Assembly (NCBI RefSeq): GCF_009914755.1
Contig: NC_060930.1
Source of the DNA: the human T2T-CHM13v2.0 reference genome, Homo sapiens
Reading direction: 5' to 3' (one strand)
Length of the DNA: 64,000 nucleotides
Made by a program: the position numbers and the translations under genes. Shown here in pieces: positions 31,022-43,510 of this stretch. The notes under the pieces were generated by a model that worked only from the letters and a program-made list of their open reading frames with translations, did no database searches and had not been told where the DNA came from. Each line of letters begins with the position of its first letter. Positions within the stretch are counted from its first letter, which is position 1.

Positions 31022-32974
31022 GTGAGTAAGCTCTGGATGAGGACCAGCAGCTGGTTTGAAGCTCAAGCTTTGTCTATAGAAGTGACATTATCTTCACTAT
31101 CTCAGAATCTAATCCACAATAACTTGTTCAAGCAGAAGAGAACTATTAAAAAGAAAAAAAAAAGCAGGTCTGGGCACATGGTAAGTAAAGGACACTGCAA
31201 GCACTCAGGGAATATTTGGCCAGCTCACATTTGCAAGGTGCACATGTGCCTGAGGATTGGGGAACAAATCCTGAATGGTTTTCTTCATCTTCTATTTGAT
31301 GTGCCTTAGTGACCAAAAGACTTTTCATTTGGAGCAGTTATCCTGAAAATCAGTGCAACATGAAACATTAAGCTAGTCTCTCATTCTATCCGTCTGATCT
31401 CATTGCTACATTACTACAAAAGCCCTGCTTCAACCAGAAAAAAACAGATACTTATCTCCCCATCCACCCTAGACCTTTTTTCTTATAGTTTGTCATAAGC
31501 AAGTTTTGTTATCTCCAGCAAGCTTTTCCCAACTTAACCTCCCTCTGAAATTGCTATTTTATTTTGCTTTAAATATTCTAAGTACTATGCATTGTCTACT
31601 ATTCTATCATGCATTTGCTTTTTGCTTGAAATTATTATTGAATAATTTTATGAATAAAGAAAATTAAGCCCAGTCTCATCAACAAGGTGGCAAACTTACT
31701 GAAGTCCAAACTATATAAACTATGGCTTTTGAGTACGCAGCAGATCGAAGTATATGATCGCAAATACAGTCCTACTAGAAAAAAAAATAATGACTTTCTT
31801 TTTCACATTTTCACAAGTGATAACATACCTCTTAAAAGCTCAAATTTAACACCCCAAATGGTAAAGACTAATGCTGAAAATCTCTGACCAGAAACAAAAC
31901 TTTTTTCACTTTAAAATTCACTAATATTTTCTTTTAAATCTCATTTAGGAAAATGTGTATCAGCTCTTTGTCAGATTCTAGTCTCTGTGATTTATCTGCT
32001 GTTGTAAAGATGTTGGTTTCAGCGTCTTAATAATAAAAAAGTACTCCATCTAAAAATGCATCAACATACACATCCTTATTTTTCATTTTCTTATTGTTTT
32101 ATGTCTACTTTCATTCACATGGGGCACACTAAATGAATCTGATCTGATCTCATGTTTGCTTATGAAATAAAAACAACTGCCATTAGTCTTCTGCTTTTTG
32201 TCTGTTTTCCAGTTAAATTAAACAAATACATGGTGAGAAAAAGTTCTGAGGGTGAATTAACAAGATAAATAAGACGGTGTTGATTCCCCATTAGGGATTT
32301 ATAATCCAGTATGTTGACCATTGAACTAGAAAATCGCTATGTCAATATCTAGAATTCCTAACAGGATCTGAGGTGACTCCAAACAATATAACCTGATAAC
32401 AATGAACATGATTTGGGTATAAAGTGATTAGGTGAGCTGAAAATTACATCTTCTTCATATTTGATCCAACTTTATTTTGAGGTAATATCATTTTATCTAT
32501 TATTCCTTAAAATAACATGATAAAAAAATTCTTGTTTCATAAGTTTTCTTTAATATATTTTATACTATGATTAAATTTTATTCTTGCTGGAGTAATGCAT
32601 GCTCACAGTCAAAATAATTAAATAAGATTATAATAAAAAATAGTAGTTTCCAGGGCCAATTGTTCTTTCAAATCTTATAAATATTTCTTTTTATATTTAG
32701 CTGTACATTTCAAAGTAATATTCTTATAGCATTATTTGTTGATTTATCAATTTTAATTATTATATAGAGAAAAACCATTAGCTTTTAAAAACCCATCTTC
32801 CCACTTAGCCACTACTCATTTTTTCCAATACCGCTTATATCACAATTTTTAATTTAATAATAATGTTTAATGTATAACTACATAAATATTGTTCACTTTT
32901 GAACCAATTAATATAACTTACCTTTCTTGTTCGACTTGTTTTTACCTGGAGTTAATAACTGACATTCCTTTTGT

Positions 32975-33270
32975 TTGGTAACAACTTACATAACTACAGC
33001 ATAATACAATATCAAAAGCAGGAAATTGACATTGATATAACCCCCAGACCTTATTCAGATTTCCCATTTTACATGTACTCATGTGTATGTGTATGTGTGT
33101 GTAGTTTTGTGCAATTTTATCTCAAGTCTAGACTTGTAACCACAATCAAGATTCAGAACTGTCCCAGCTCCACAAAGTTATGCCTCATGCTACACCTGTA
33201 GCCTCACCATTTCCTCTCTGCTCCTTCATCCCCAACCCGTGCCAACCCTAATCTGCTTTCCATATCTGTA
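32975..33270 (-). mobile_element. L1MC-like 3' UTR fragment within older L1ME remnants
   Basis: CAGGAAATTGACATTGAT...CCTTATTCAGATTTC...ACCACAATCAAGAT motifs. Confidence 0.6.
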
Positions 33271-33629
33271 AGATCCCAAGAACGTTCAAATTAATTTTTA
33301 AAAGCTTTTGGTTGTTATATTTTTATTTTTAAGGGATTTCTTTGTTTACTGTTAACTTTTCATAGCATTTTGTTCTCATATTATGCAAAAATATCTTCCG
33401 TTATCTCAGAATAAAGGAAAATAATGATAGATGTTGATTTTAGAAGTTTCCTTCTGCTGCATTTATCTGATGCCTCTAAGCCCTCTTCCTTTTTAAAAAT
33501 TGTTTTCAACTTTCTTTTCATAAAATTTAAGAGTGATACACTAGAAAGCAAATTGTTGAATGTGTAGGCCTGACTGTTAATCTTTCCTTTGAAGGGACCC
33601 AAATATTAATGTCTGGATTTCTTTTAAAC

Positions 33630-33955
33630 CTGAGGTCCTCAACCTCTGGGCGGCAGACTGGTACTGCTCTGGTCGAGGCCTGTTAGCAACCCTGCTGCAC
33701 AGCAGGAGGTGAGCCTTGAGCTAGCCAGCATTACCACCTGAGCTCTGCCTCCTTTCAGATCAGCAGTGGCAATAGATTCTCATAGGAGCGTGAATCTTAT
33801 TGTGAACTGCATGTGAAGGATCCAAGTTGTGTGCTCCTTATGATAATCTAGTGCCTGATGACATGATATCAAAGAGTTTCATTCCAAAACTATCCCCTGC
33901 TCCACCTTGTCCGGCCGTGGAAAAGATTTTCTTCCAAAAAGGATGGGGACCGCTG
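33630..33955 (+). mobile_element. MER1B (hAT-Charlie) DNA transposon
   Basis: Matches MER1B (GCACAGCAGGAGGTGAGC, TAGATTCTCATAGGAGC, GGGGACCGCTG end); perfect 8-bp TSD TTTTAAAC at 33622-33629 and 33956-33963. Confidence 0.92.
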
Positions 33956-34349
33956 TTTTAAACAACCTGATACCCTATCAACAACATATATCCAAATCAG
34001 GCCATATGATTTAAAACCTATTTGCAACATAATCCCTTTCATTACCAATCTGGGCAAAACCTTAAATATCAGAAACTTTAGATTCTGCCATCTTTAATGG
34101 GGAATTTAATTGTGCCAGTAGAGTTCTGGTGCTTTTGTCCCTTACTACAGCACATGGGTGCCAACATTGCCTTTGCTAGCTGTCACCCAGAAGCCTGTTG
34201 ACTTAAATGACATTTATTTACCAAATTCTCAGGCCAGTCTTGCCTTCAAATATACACAAGTGGCCTAGTCTCATTTGGAGTCCACATAGGCACAAAAACA
34301 AAACCCATATCTTCTGCAGTGGATATCCACTTGAAAAGAGTATCGAATC

Positions 34350-34500
34350 ACCTGGTGACAATGAACTCACATTCTACATGACATCACCGTGGCCCAGGGG
34401 CTCACCACCGGATGTGACATCGCTCCCTGTGACTTCACCTAGGAACCTGAAATCCCTGTCCCTGTAACTCCCACGGGCTGCCTCTCTTAAGGTGCTGACA
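34350..34500. promoter_or_regulatory. Candidate promoter/enhancer with clustered CRE-like octamers
   Basis: TGACATCA 34379-34386, TGACATCG 34415-34422 and TGACTTCA 34430-34437 in a locally GC-richer, apparently non-repeat patch. Confidence 0.3.
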
Positions 34501-35275
34501 AATTGGGCATGAAACATTTATTGCTTTTCTTCCTTTGATATTAGAAATCCTATTATATTTCCTGAGATTGCTGTCTGCTTAGCCTGTGATCCTTGTACAC
34601 TCCTTGCTCTCTCCCAAAACATACACCGCTACACATTCATGCCTAAAAGAAAATCAGGTACAGGATACTAAAATCTGTGCCATTCTAAAAATGAATGGAG
34701 ATGATTGTTTTCCCCAGAAGGCATCTTCCTCTTATCATTCAATTCCTTGACCATCTGAAGAGAGAATTACTCACTCCCCAGTGCCTTCTTCTTTGATTAC
34801 CTCACCTTTCTACCAAGGCCCACTGCCTCGTGTCTCCATCCATGACTGCTACAACCACCCCTTCCCCTTGGTTACACACAAATGACACTAATCTTAACAT
34901 CCTTTACTAAACTAAGTTCAAACCCTCCAGCAACAAAACTGCTAGAGCTGGCCACCATCTTGACCAGAAAAATATATCAAAATTATATATATGCACACAT
35001 AATACCACCAAGATATTATTAGAGACCTCAGAAATTTCACCTTTTCTGGGTTAATGACATAAAAATCAGAAGCTTAGTTACAAGCCAGCATACCAGGACT
35101 CCTTATACTTCTACTTGTGTTCTTTCTTTTTACTTTCATACTGAAATATTTTCTAGACTCTTCAGGGCATCTTGTGCCCTACTCTCTGAACTTCTCTACT
35201 ATTCTTGTCATTCAAATGTCTCAGATAATAGAGCTCAAAACTGATGTTGAAACATCAAAAGATCAATTGTATATA

Positions 35276-35730
35276 GTTTTTTAAATAGCGTCTTGATCCT
35301 GTTTGCATGCCCTGGATAGAGGCTGTTCAGTTCCCTTTCTGAGCAGCCAATTAAGTCCACTCCTCCAATCACCGGTTTATCAGGCTTTCACACTCAGGGG
35401 CACTAGACATCAGCCCTGATCACCCCAGGACCAGGTACCAGACAACCAGAACCAGCCCTTATGCCCCAGAGCCTGCTGAAATTATTCCAAACTAGCCAAT
35501 TGTAAGGCTGCTTACCCTGCTTTGCCTGTTCCTTCCTGTAGAAACCACAATAAAGGATCTGGACCATAGTCTGTTGCTCTCCTTCTGCCTCATGGCCAAG
35601 CTTGGTGATTCCTAGTATGACCTTCCTTTTTTTGGGATCTAAGAGTATAACAAATTATCTTTTCAATGGCAGTTGTCTCTTCATCTGTTGGCTTTATTGT
35701 ACCTAAATAAAAATAAAACCTATTAAAGCA
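35276..35730 (+). mobile_element. ERV solo LTR (LTR47-like)
   Basis: CCAGGTACCAGACAAC...GCCCCAGAGCCTGCTGAAATTATTC...GAAACCACAATAAAGG; ends in CA. Confidence 0.65.
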
Positions 35731-36344
35731 GAATTTGGCTAATTCACATCATTTCCTGACATTTCATCACAGTCTTCTATCCTGAAGGCACCAGTTGAAA
35801 GGTGGCTAGCAACTTGATATATTAAAAATATTCTGTTTATTCAGGTTATGAACAGAGGTATATGATGACTTTTGCCTAGAAAAAACACATAGCAGTTCAG
35901 GAAAATTAGAAATTGTGAATAAGCAAGATCTTTCATGTTTCTGAAAAGTTCAATAAGTAACAGTATACCTATGAATCCAGAAGGAAAAAAATCACTGAAA
36001 TAAATGCATTTTTGTTTATGATGCAGGAATATATATATATAGTCATTTTACTTCCCATTTTAAATTACTATCCAGTCAAGTCTTCTACACTGATACTATC
36101 AGTTTTCATTTTTAAAAAAGAGAGAGAACACTTTCACACTTAAGAACATGCAGTTCTGATGTTTACAAAATAATTTATTCTGCATATTTCTTGTTACAAC
36201 TGTTAAAAGATTTGTTTCTGCTTTGAGTCATTTCTTCCTTTTTCTCCAAAGTTATATATGAGGCAGAAGGTGGTGGGGGGAAGGGGTAGGTGAGGGAGGA
36301 TTATTTCTAATGGAATTACTAACATCTGACTGAAAGTTAACATT

Positions 36345-37508
36345 CAGTCATGTGCCACATAATGACGTTTTGGTCAATGATGAACCACACATAGAGTGGT
36401 GATTCTGTCAGATTATAATGGAGCTGAAAAATTCCTATCATTTAGTGACTAGTTGTCATAAGGTACAATGCATTACATGTGTTCTTCTGGTGACGCTGGT
36501 GTGAACAAACCTACTGCACCGCCAGTAGTATAAATTTAGCATATATAATATATAAGCTGCATAATATTTAACAATAATAAATGACTATATTACTGGTCTG
36601 CATATTTACTATAGTATACTTTTTAATCATTATTTTTAAAGTGTACTTCTACTTATATGTAAACAAACAAACAAACAAAACAAAACAAAACAAAGCCAGT
36701 TAACTGTAAAACAACCTCAGGCAGGTCCTTCAGGAGGTATTCTAGAAGAAGGCATTGTAGTCATAGGAGGCGACAGCTCCATGTATATTACTGCCCCTGA
36801 AGACCTCTCAGTGGAACAAGATGTGGAGGTGGATGACAGTGATATTGATCATCCTGAACCTGTATAGGCCTAGGCAAATGTGTGTGCTTGCGTTTTAGTT
36901 TTTAACAAAACATTTTAAAAGTAAAGCAAGAAAAAAAATTATAGAAATAGAAAATAAAGCAATTATTTTTGTACATATGTACAATGTGTTTGTGTTTTTA
37001 GAATAAAAAATTTAAAAATTAAAGTTTATAAAATAAAATAGCTACAATAAGCTAAAGTTATTGAAGAAAAAAGATTTTTAATAAATTTAGTGTAGCAGAA
37101 GTAAACAGTGTTTATAAAGTCTACAGTAGTGTACACAAATGTCCGAGGCCTTCGCATTCAACCACCACTCACTGATTAATTCACCCAGAGCAACTTCTAG
37201 TCCTGCAAGCTCTATTCATGGTAAATGCTTTATACAGGTATACCATTTTTATTTTTTATACTGTATTTTTACTTTACTTTGTCTATCTTTAAATACACAA
37301 ATATTTCACATTGTATTACAATTGCCCAGTAATCTGCTGTACAGGTGTTTAGCCTAGGAGCAATATGTTCTACCATATAGCCCAGGTATGTAGTAGGCTA
37401 TACCATCTAGGTTTGTGTAAATACACTTTATGTTGTATGCACAATAATGAAATCACCTAAAAGCACATTGCTCAGGACTTATTCCCACTATTAAGCGACG
37501 CATGACTG
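36345..37508 (+). mobile_element. Tigger3b-like (TcMar-Tigger) DNA transposon
   Basis: Terminal inverted repeats CAGTCATGTGCCACATAATGAC ... TTAAGCGACGCATGACTG followed by TA; about 1.16 kb. Confidence 0.9.
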
Positions 37509-37912
37509 TACTTTAGAATTATTGGATAAATAGTGAATATTGATAGCAATATTTTGATTTCAGCATCCTAATGAAATCTTGACGCAAATAAATATGAGGT
37601 GCCAAATTCAACTACCATTGCATATTTTGCAAGCATCAGGACAGCTCTGATGGTTCCGGTATAAATCAAAAAAAGTTTTGTGTAGCTCAGGAGGGATTAA
37701 TATACTCAGAATTACTTTAATCCTTTAGGTCAAGGTAATTGTTATACCAGCTACATATGAACCTTCTGGGAAAATAATTTCCCAGCTTTTTACGAATCTG
37801 TATAATGATCCTTGTGGTGTGTGGAGAACAATGAATTGAAATAACTAATAAAAATTATGTTTAAAGTTCAATGACCCCCCCCCACACCCACCCAAATGAT
37901 TTAATTTCTTAC

Positions 37913-37956
37913 CTGCTGCGAGTTACACTAACAACTGCCTTTGTGCCCTGGGAGCT
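37913..37956 (-). other. Candidate 44-nt exon on the minus strand
   Basis: Minus strand reads ATTCTTTCAG|AGCTCC...GCAGCAG|GTAAGA. Confidence 0.25.
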
Positions 37957-39699
37957 CTGAAAGAATCATAAGGCAACTATGGAGATGGAGCCTTCTCTAT
38001 TACACGTAAGTTGAGGCCCCTTTTTCCATATATAAATTAGTTTTAACCCATAGGTTAATATTTTAACCAAAAATTTTTAGCTCAAAAGAAGATTCTCAGC
38101 CCTTCTTCTCACTGGATCATGTCTCTACAAATCACCTCCCATTGTCCTGTTTTGTTTTGTTTTTCCTACCACAGTGTGTTTCCATTTCCCATTCTTCTAG
38201 ACAGCTGTCGTTCAACACACTCACTTCAATTCTCTTTTGTGGAATTTTCTAATACATGTATTGCACACTGCTCAGTGGCTTAACAGTGGAATTACATCAA
38301 TGGAACAGGCACAGTCTTTACTCAGTATTTACTAAGACTATTTTTGAATGCTGAGTTCATGAATCTGTTACCAAGCACACTCAATCTTTCCAGGTACGGC
38401 TATTTTGCAAACCCCCCTTCTTCTTCCTCTTTTGTATTTTTTACTGCTTAACGTAACGTTATTTTGATATTTTCTTCCACTGTTCTTATTCTATCGTATG
38501 CTTTTCTCTGTTAGTATCATATTACTACTCACATAATCCACAGAACAAATGGAACATTCCAAGCTATGGTAGAGTTGGCCAAAAACATGAAAATGTTTTA
38601 GGTGTCACTAATATAAAATGAACATATGTTATTGACTGAGAAGCAATTAATGTTCAAATAATTGTTCATATATATTATTTTGGTAATGTATATCTGAGGT
38701 ATAAGAAACCCATTGAATTTATATATGCAAATATTTGAACATAGATAAATATTTCTATAGAAAAGTTTATATTGTTTTCCTTAGAGTCTCAAAGTATTTT
38801 TGATTCCAAAAAGATTTAAATTCCCTCTCTATCAAGTTAGTAAACAAAGAAAATGACAAATGATTTCCAAGAGCTCTTTAGGTGAGGAATAAAGTCATTA
38901 AAAATAGAATCCCTTTCATGAGCAAACATTCCACAGTAATAGATGACATGATTTTTGAACTCCCTGATATCTTATTGAATATCTTTTAAACAGATCTTTA
39001 AAGAGATCTTACTGAATATCTTTTAGAACTTTTCTCGGAGAAAAACCTTTTCTTAATAAGCAAAATAGTCTTATCTGTTTGTATGGCAAAAGATTGGTGG
39101 AGTTATGTGAGTATTTGCGGGATTTTAAATAGCCAGAATATCTAAGGCAAATAATTTAGGTTTTATAAAATGATCTTGGATTTCTACTACCATTGGTGGC
39201 TGATTAGGTCACTCAGATCAAATCTTTCATTGAGGACAATTAGTAAATCTGGAGTGGAAAAGAAGTTGATGAAATAATTAATATTTTCTCATCCAGGACA
39301 CAGAAGAGGAGAGAAGCCCAGGAACCTGAGCTACTAAAGGGAGCTTGTGCCACACAGGGATGAGACGAAAGGTTTCACAAGTACAAGATTACAACAGTGG
39401 GCTTCAGTCTGGAAACAAGGAAGAACATAAGCAGACAGGCTTCGCTGAGGCTGCTGCTCAGGGTACTAGTATCTAAATCTCTGAAATTGAGATACTACTT
39501 CAATCTGTAAGGGATTCCAGAGTGCTTGTCTCTATAGACCCTTGGCAGAAGCAAATGAAAAATCACCTCAGGAAGATGATCTCTTCCTGTGTCTCTCAGG
39601 GCCAGATTAGAGTGAGGTGAGATTGGCAGTCACCTCAGGTGTAAAATTTAAGAGGAAAGGAGAATGCCAAGAAAACCCTAATCAAGTGATCAGAAACTC

Positions 39700-39790
39700 A
39701 AGTTATGCACAGAATGTTTATGTCCCCTGAAAATTCATATCTTGAATCCTAACTGCCAATGTGATGGCATTAGAAGGTGGGAATATGTGA
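39700..39790 (+). mobile_element. MLT1A/B-like LTR 5' fragment
   Basis: GAATGTTTATGTCCCC..AAATTCATAT..TGAATCCTAAC..CCAATGTGATGGCATTAGAAGGTGGG. Confidence 0.6.
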
Positions 39791-40618
39791 AATAAAGGAA
39801 CTCATAAATGATGCCACAAACAAATTCCTAGTTTGTTTCCATTTATTTTTAATTTCAGGACTTGATAATTTTATATTTAAAAAATATGCAAAACTTATAC
39901 AGTTTGAAAAACAAAAATATTTCTTAAAATGCTTTCCTCAAAGAATACTCACTTTCAACGCTATTCTCTCCACTTCTTTCATGCCTTTCCCCATATCCAT
40001 TTATTTTGATTATTTTCTAGTTAATGCTTCTTGTGTCTCTTTTTGTAGGAATAAGCAAATATGGATATATATTTTGATCTCCCTACCTTTTACTGCAAAA
40101 GATATCACTACGTAAATCACATTGCCCCTAGCTTCAATTTCCCGTAAAACATATCTCCCAAAAGCCTTTCACAGAGGTTAACAACCAATTGTACTGTCAT
40201 CTTGTCTTCAAATGTAAATCATTTAATCTTGTCTTTTACAATTCTGACTCTCATTATTTCCTGATATTCACATTTAATAATGAATTTTATCAGAAATGAG
40301 TAGTGAATTCTGCTTTTTCAGTGTGTATGGATATGATTTTTCTTCAGTAAACAAGAAAATATATCATATTTCAAAATATATAATTATAATTATATAATGA
40401 TATATAATTAGGATTTTTTATATTTCTGTATTTTATTATATCTTCTTCGCTAAATTAACAACAAAAAGAGCAAGCAAGCCAGAAGATTACATTCTTTTAT
40501 AACTTGAAAGATTATGAACAATTTTTAAGATTCTTAATACTTATAAGAACAAGATTGTGAATTTTTAGAGACAAATAGCCATCCTTTATTATGTAGACTT
40601 TGATCCCCTACCACGCAC

Positions 40619-41110
40619 TTTTTTTAATTTTTAATTTTTGTGGGTACGTTGTAGGTGTGCATATTTATGAGGTACACGAGACGTTTTGATACAGGCATGC
40701 AATGTGAAATACTCACATCATGGAGAATGGGGTATCCGTTTTCTCAAGCATTTATTCTTTGGGTTACAAAGAATCCAGTTACAACCCTAGGTTATCTTTC
40801 AGGATTTTCATACTTTTGGGTTTTACATTTAAGTCTCTAATCTATCTTAAGTTAATTTTTGTATATGGTGTAAGAAGGGGTCCAATTACAATCTTCTGCA
40901 TATAGCTAGCCAGTTGTCCCAGTACCATTTGTTGAATAGGGAATCCTTTCCCCATTAATTGTTTTTGTCAGGTTTGTTGAAGGTCAGATAGTTGTAGGTG
41001 CCCAATTACAATCCAGTTACTCTTTTAGTTATTTTAAAATGTGCAACTAAATTATTATTGACTACAGTCACCCTATTGTACTATAAAATAGTAAGTCTTT
41101 TCATTCTTTC
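40619..41110 (-). mobile_element. L1MA1/2-like 3' end, split by an inserted L1 ORF2 fragment (40783-41009)
   Basis: TTTTAATTTTTGTGGGTAC...GATACAGGCATGCAATG; host resumes at TCTTTTAGTTATTTTAAAATG. Confidence 0.8.
40783..41009 (-). mobile_element. Internal L1PA ORF2 fragment with no 3' end or poly(A)
   Basis: Homologous to 42202-42416; flanked by AATCCAGTTAC at 40772-40782 and 41010-41020. Confidence 0.8.
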
Positions 41111-42852
41111 TTTTTGTTAACTTTTATTTTAAATTCAGGGGTACAAGTGTAGGTTTGTTACATAGGTAAACTTGTGTCATAGAGATTTCTTGTACAGATT
41201 ATTTCATAACCCAGGTACTAATCCTAGTACCCATTAGTTGTTTTTCCTGATCCTCTCCCTCTTTCCACCCTTTACCCCCCGAAAGGCCCCAGTGTGTGTC
41301 ATTTCCCTCTATCTGTCCATGTGTTATCATTCAGCTCCCACTTGTAAGTGAGAACATGCAGTGTTTGGTTTTCTGTTTCTGTGTTAGTTTTCTGAGAATA
41401 ATGGGCTCCAGCTCTGTGTCTGTAAAGGACATGATGTCATTCTTTTTTATGGCTGCATAGTATTCCATGATGTATATGCACCACATTTTCTTTTATCCAG
41501 TCTATCACTAATGGGCATTCAGCTTGATTCCATGTCTTTGCTATTGTGAATAGTGCTGCAATGAACATATGTGTGCATGTCTCTATAATAGAATGATTTA
41601 TATTCCCATGGGTATATACCCAGTAATGGGATTGTTGAGTCAAATGGTATTTCTGTCTTTAGGTCTTTGAAGAACCACCACACTGTCTTCCGCAATGGCT
41701 GAACTACTTTACACTCCCATCAACATTGTATAAGCATCCTTTTTCTCCATAGCCTCGCCAGCATCTGTTATATTTTGACTTTTGAATAATAGCCATTCTG
41801 ACTGGCATGAGATGGTATCTCATTGTGGTTTTGATTTGCATTTCTCTAATGATCAGTGAGGTTGTGCTTTTTTTCATAAGCTTGTTGGCCACATGTATGT
41901 CTTTTTTTGAGAAGTGTCTGTTCATGTCATTCACCCATGTTTTAATGGGGTTTTTTTTTTCTTGTAAATTTGTTTAAGTTCCTTGTGGATCATGGATATT
42001 AGACCTTTGTCAGATGGATAGGCTGCAAAAGTTTCCTCCCATTCTGTATGTTGTCTGTTCATGCTTTTGATAGTTTATTTTTCTGTGCAGAAACTCCTTA
42101 ATTTAATTAGATCCCATTTGGCAATTTTTACTTTTGTTGCAATTGCTTTTGTTGTCTTTGTCATGAAATCTTTGCCCGTGCCTATGTCCTGAATGGTATT
42201 GCCTAGGTTGTCTTCCAGGTTTGTATAGTTTTGGATTTTACATTTAGGTCTTAATCTATCTTAAGTTTATATCTTGTATTCAGTGCAAGGAATGGGTTTA
42301 ATTTCAATCTTCCATGTATGGCTAGCCAGTTATTCCAGCACCATTTATCAAATAGAGAATCCTTTCCCCATTGCTTGTTCTTGTCAGGTTTGTCAAAGAT
42401 CAGATAGTTGCAGGTGTGCTGTCTGATTTCTGGGCCCTCTATCTAGTTTCATTGGTCTATGTGTCTGTCTTGGTATCAGAACCATGCTGTTTTGGTTACT
42501 GTAGCCCTGTAGTATAGCTTGAAGATGGGTAGCATGATGCCTCCAGCTTCGTTGTTTTTGCTTAGGATTGCCTTGGCTATTCAGGCTCTTTTCTTTGGTT
42601 CCGTATAAATTTTAAAATAGTTTTTTCTAGTTCTGTGAATAATGTCAATGGTAGTTTAATAGGCATAGCATTGAATCTATAAATTTCTTTGGGCAGTATG
42701 GTCATTTTAACGATATTGAGTCTACCAATTCAGGAACATGGAATGTTTTTCCATTTGTTTGTGTCATCTCTGGTTTCTTTGAGCAATGGTTTGTAGTTTT
42801 CCTTGCAGAGATCTTTCACTTACCTGGTTAGCTGTATTCCTAGATATTTTTG
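41111..42852 (-). mobile_element. 5'-truncated L1PA13-like LINE-1
   Basis: Antisense 3' UTR GGGGTACAAGTGTAGGTTTGTTACATAGGTAAAC; ORF2 C-terminal peptides in ORFs 41437..41643 and 41704..41934. Confidence 0.88.
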
Positions 42853-43510
42853 TTCCATGGATTTTGACACATCTATAATAACATGTATCAAGCATTATAT
42901 CATCATAAATAATAGCTCCACAGCCCTAAAAACCTGTGTGCCATGAATTGATCCCACCCTTCACCCTACTCCCTAGTAACTGCTGTTTACTCTCTTCATA
43001 GTTGTGCTTTTTCCAGAATGTCATATAGTATGTAGTCTTTTCAGATTAGCTTGTTTTATTTAGTAATATGCATTTAAGTTTTCTCCATGTCTTTTCATGA
43101 CTTGATGGCTGATTTCTTTTTAGTTTTGAAAAATACTGCTTTGTCTGATGTACCAGTTTATTTATCCATTCACCTACTGAAGGACATCTTGGTAGCTTTC
43201 AAGTTGTGGCATTTGTGAATTATGCTGCTATACACATACACGTATGTGCAGGTTTTTGTGTGAACATAAGGTTTTAATTTAAGGTGAATCCCAGGGGTGA
43301 CAATTATTAAACTGTATAGTTAGAGTTTGTTTAGTTTTATAAGAAACTGCCAAACTATTTAAAGTGGCTGTATCATTGCATTTCCACCAGCCATGAATGA
43401 GAGTTTCTGTTACTCCACATCTACTCCAGCATTTGGAGTAAATGGAGTAGATTTGGAGTGTTGTCAGTGTCTTGGATTTGGATTTTATAATAGGTGTGTA
43501 GTGGTTATCA
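42853..43510 (-). mobile_element. L1MC1/2-like 3' region
   Basis: TTTTCCAGAATGTCATATAG...TTAGTAATATGCATTTAAG...CATTCACCTACTGAAGGACATCTTGG. Confidence 0.75.

Noticed and set aside
30956-31309. 117-aa ORF as a single-exon gene
   Set aside because: It starts at GTG within a polypyrimidine tract and runs through an A-tract. Only the 54-nt splice-bounded part is retained as a candidate.
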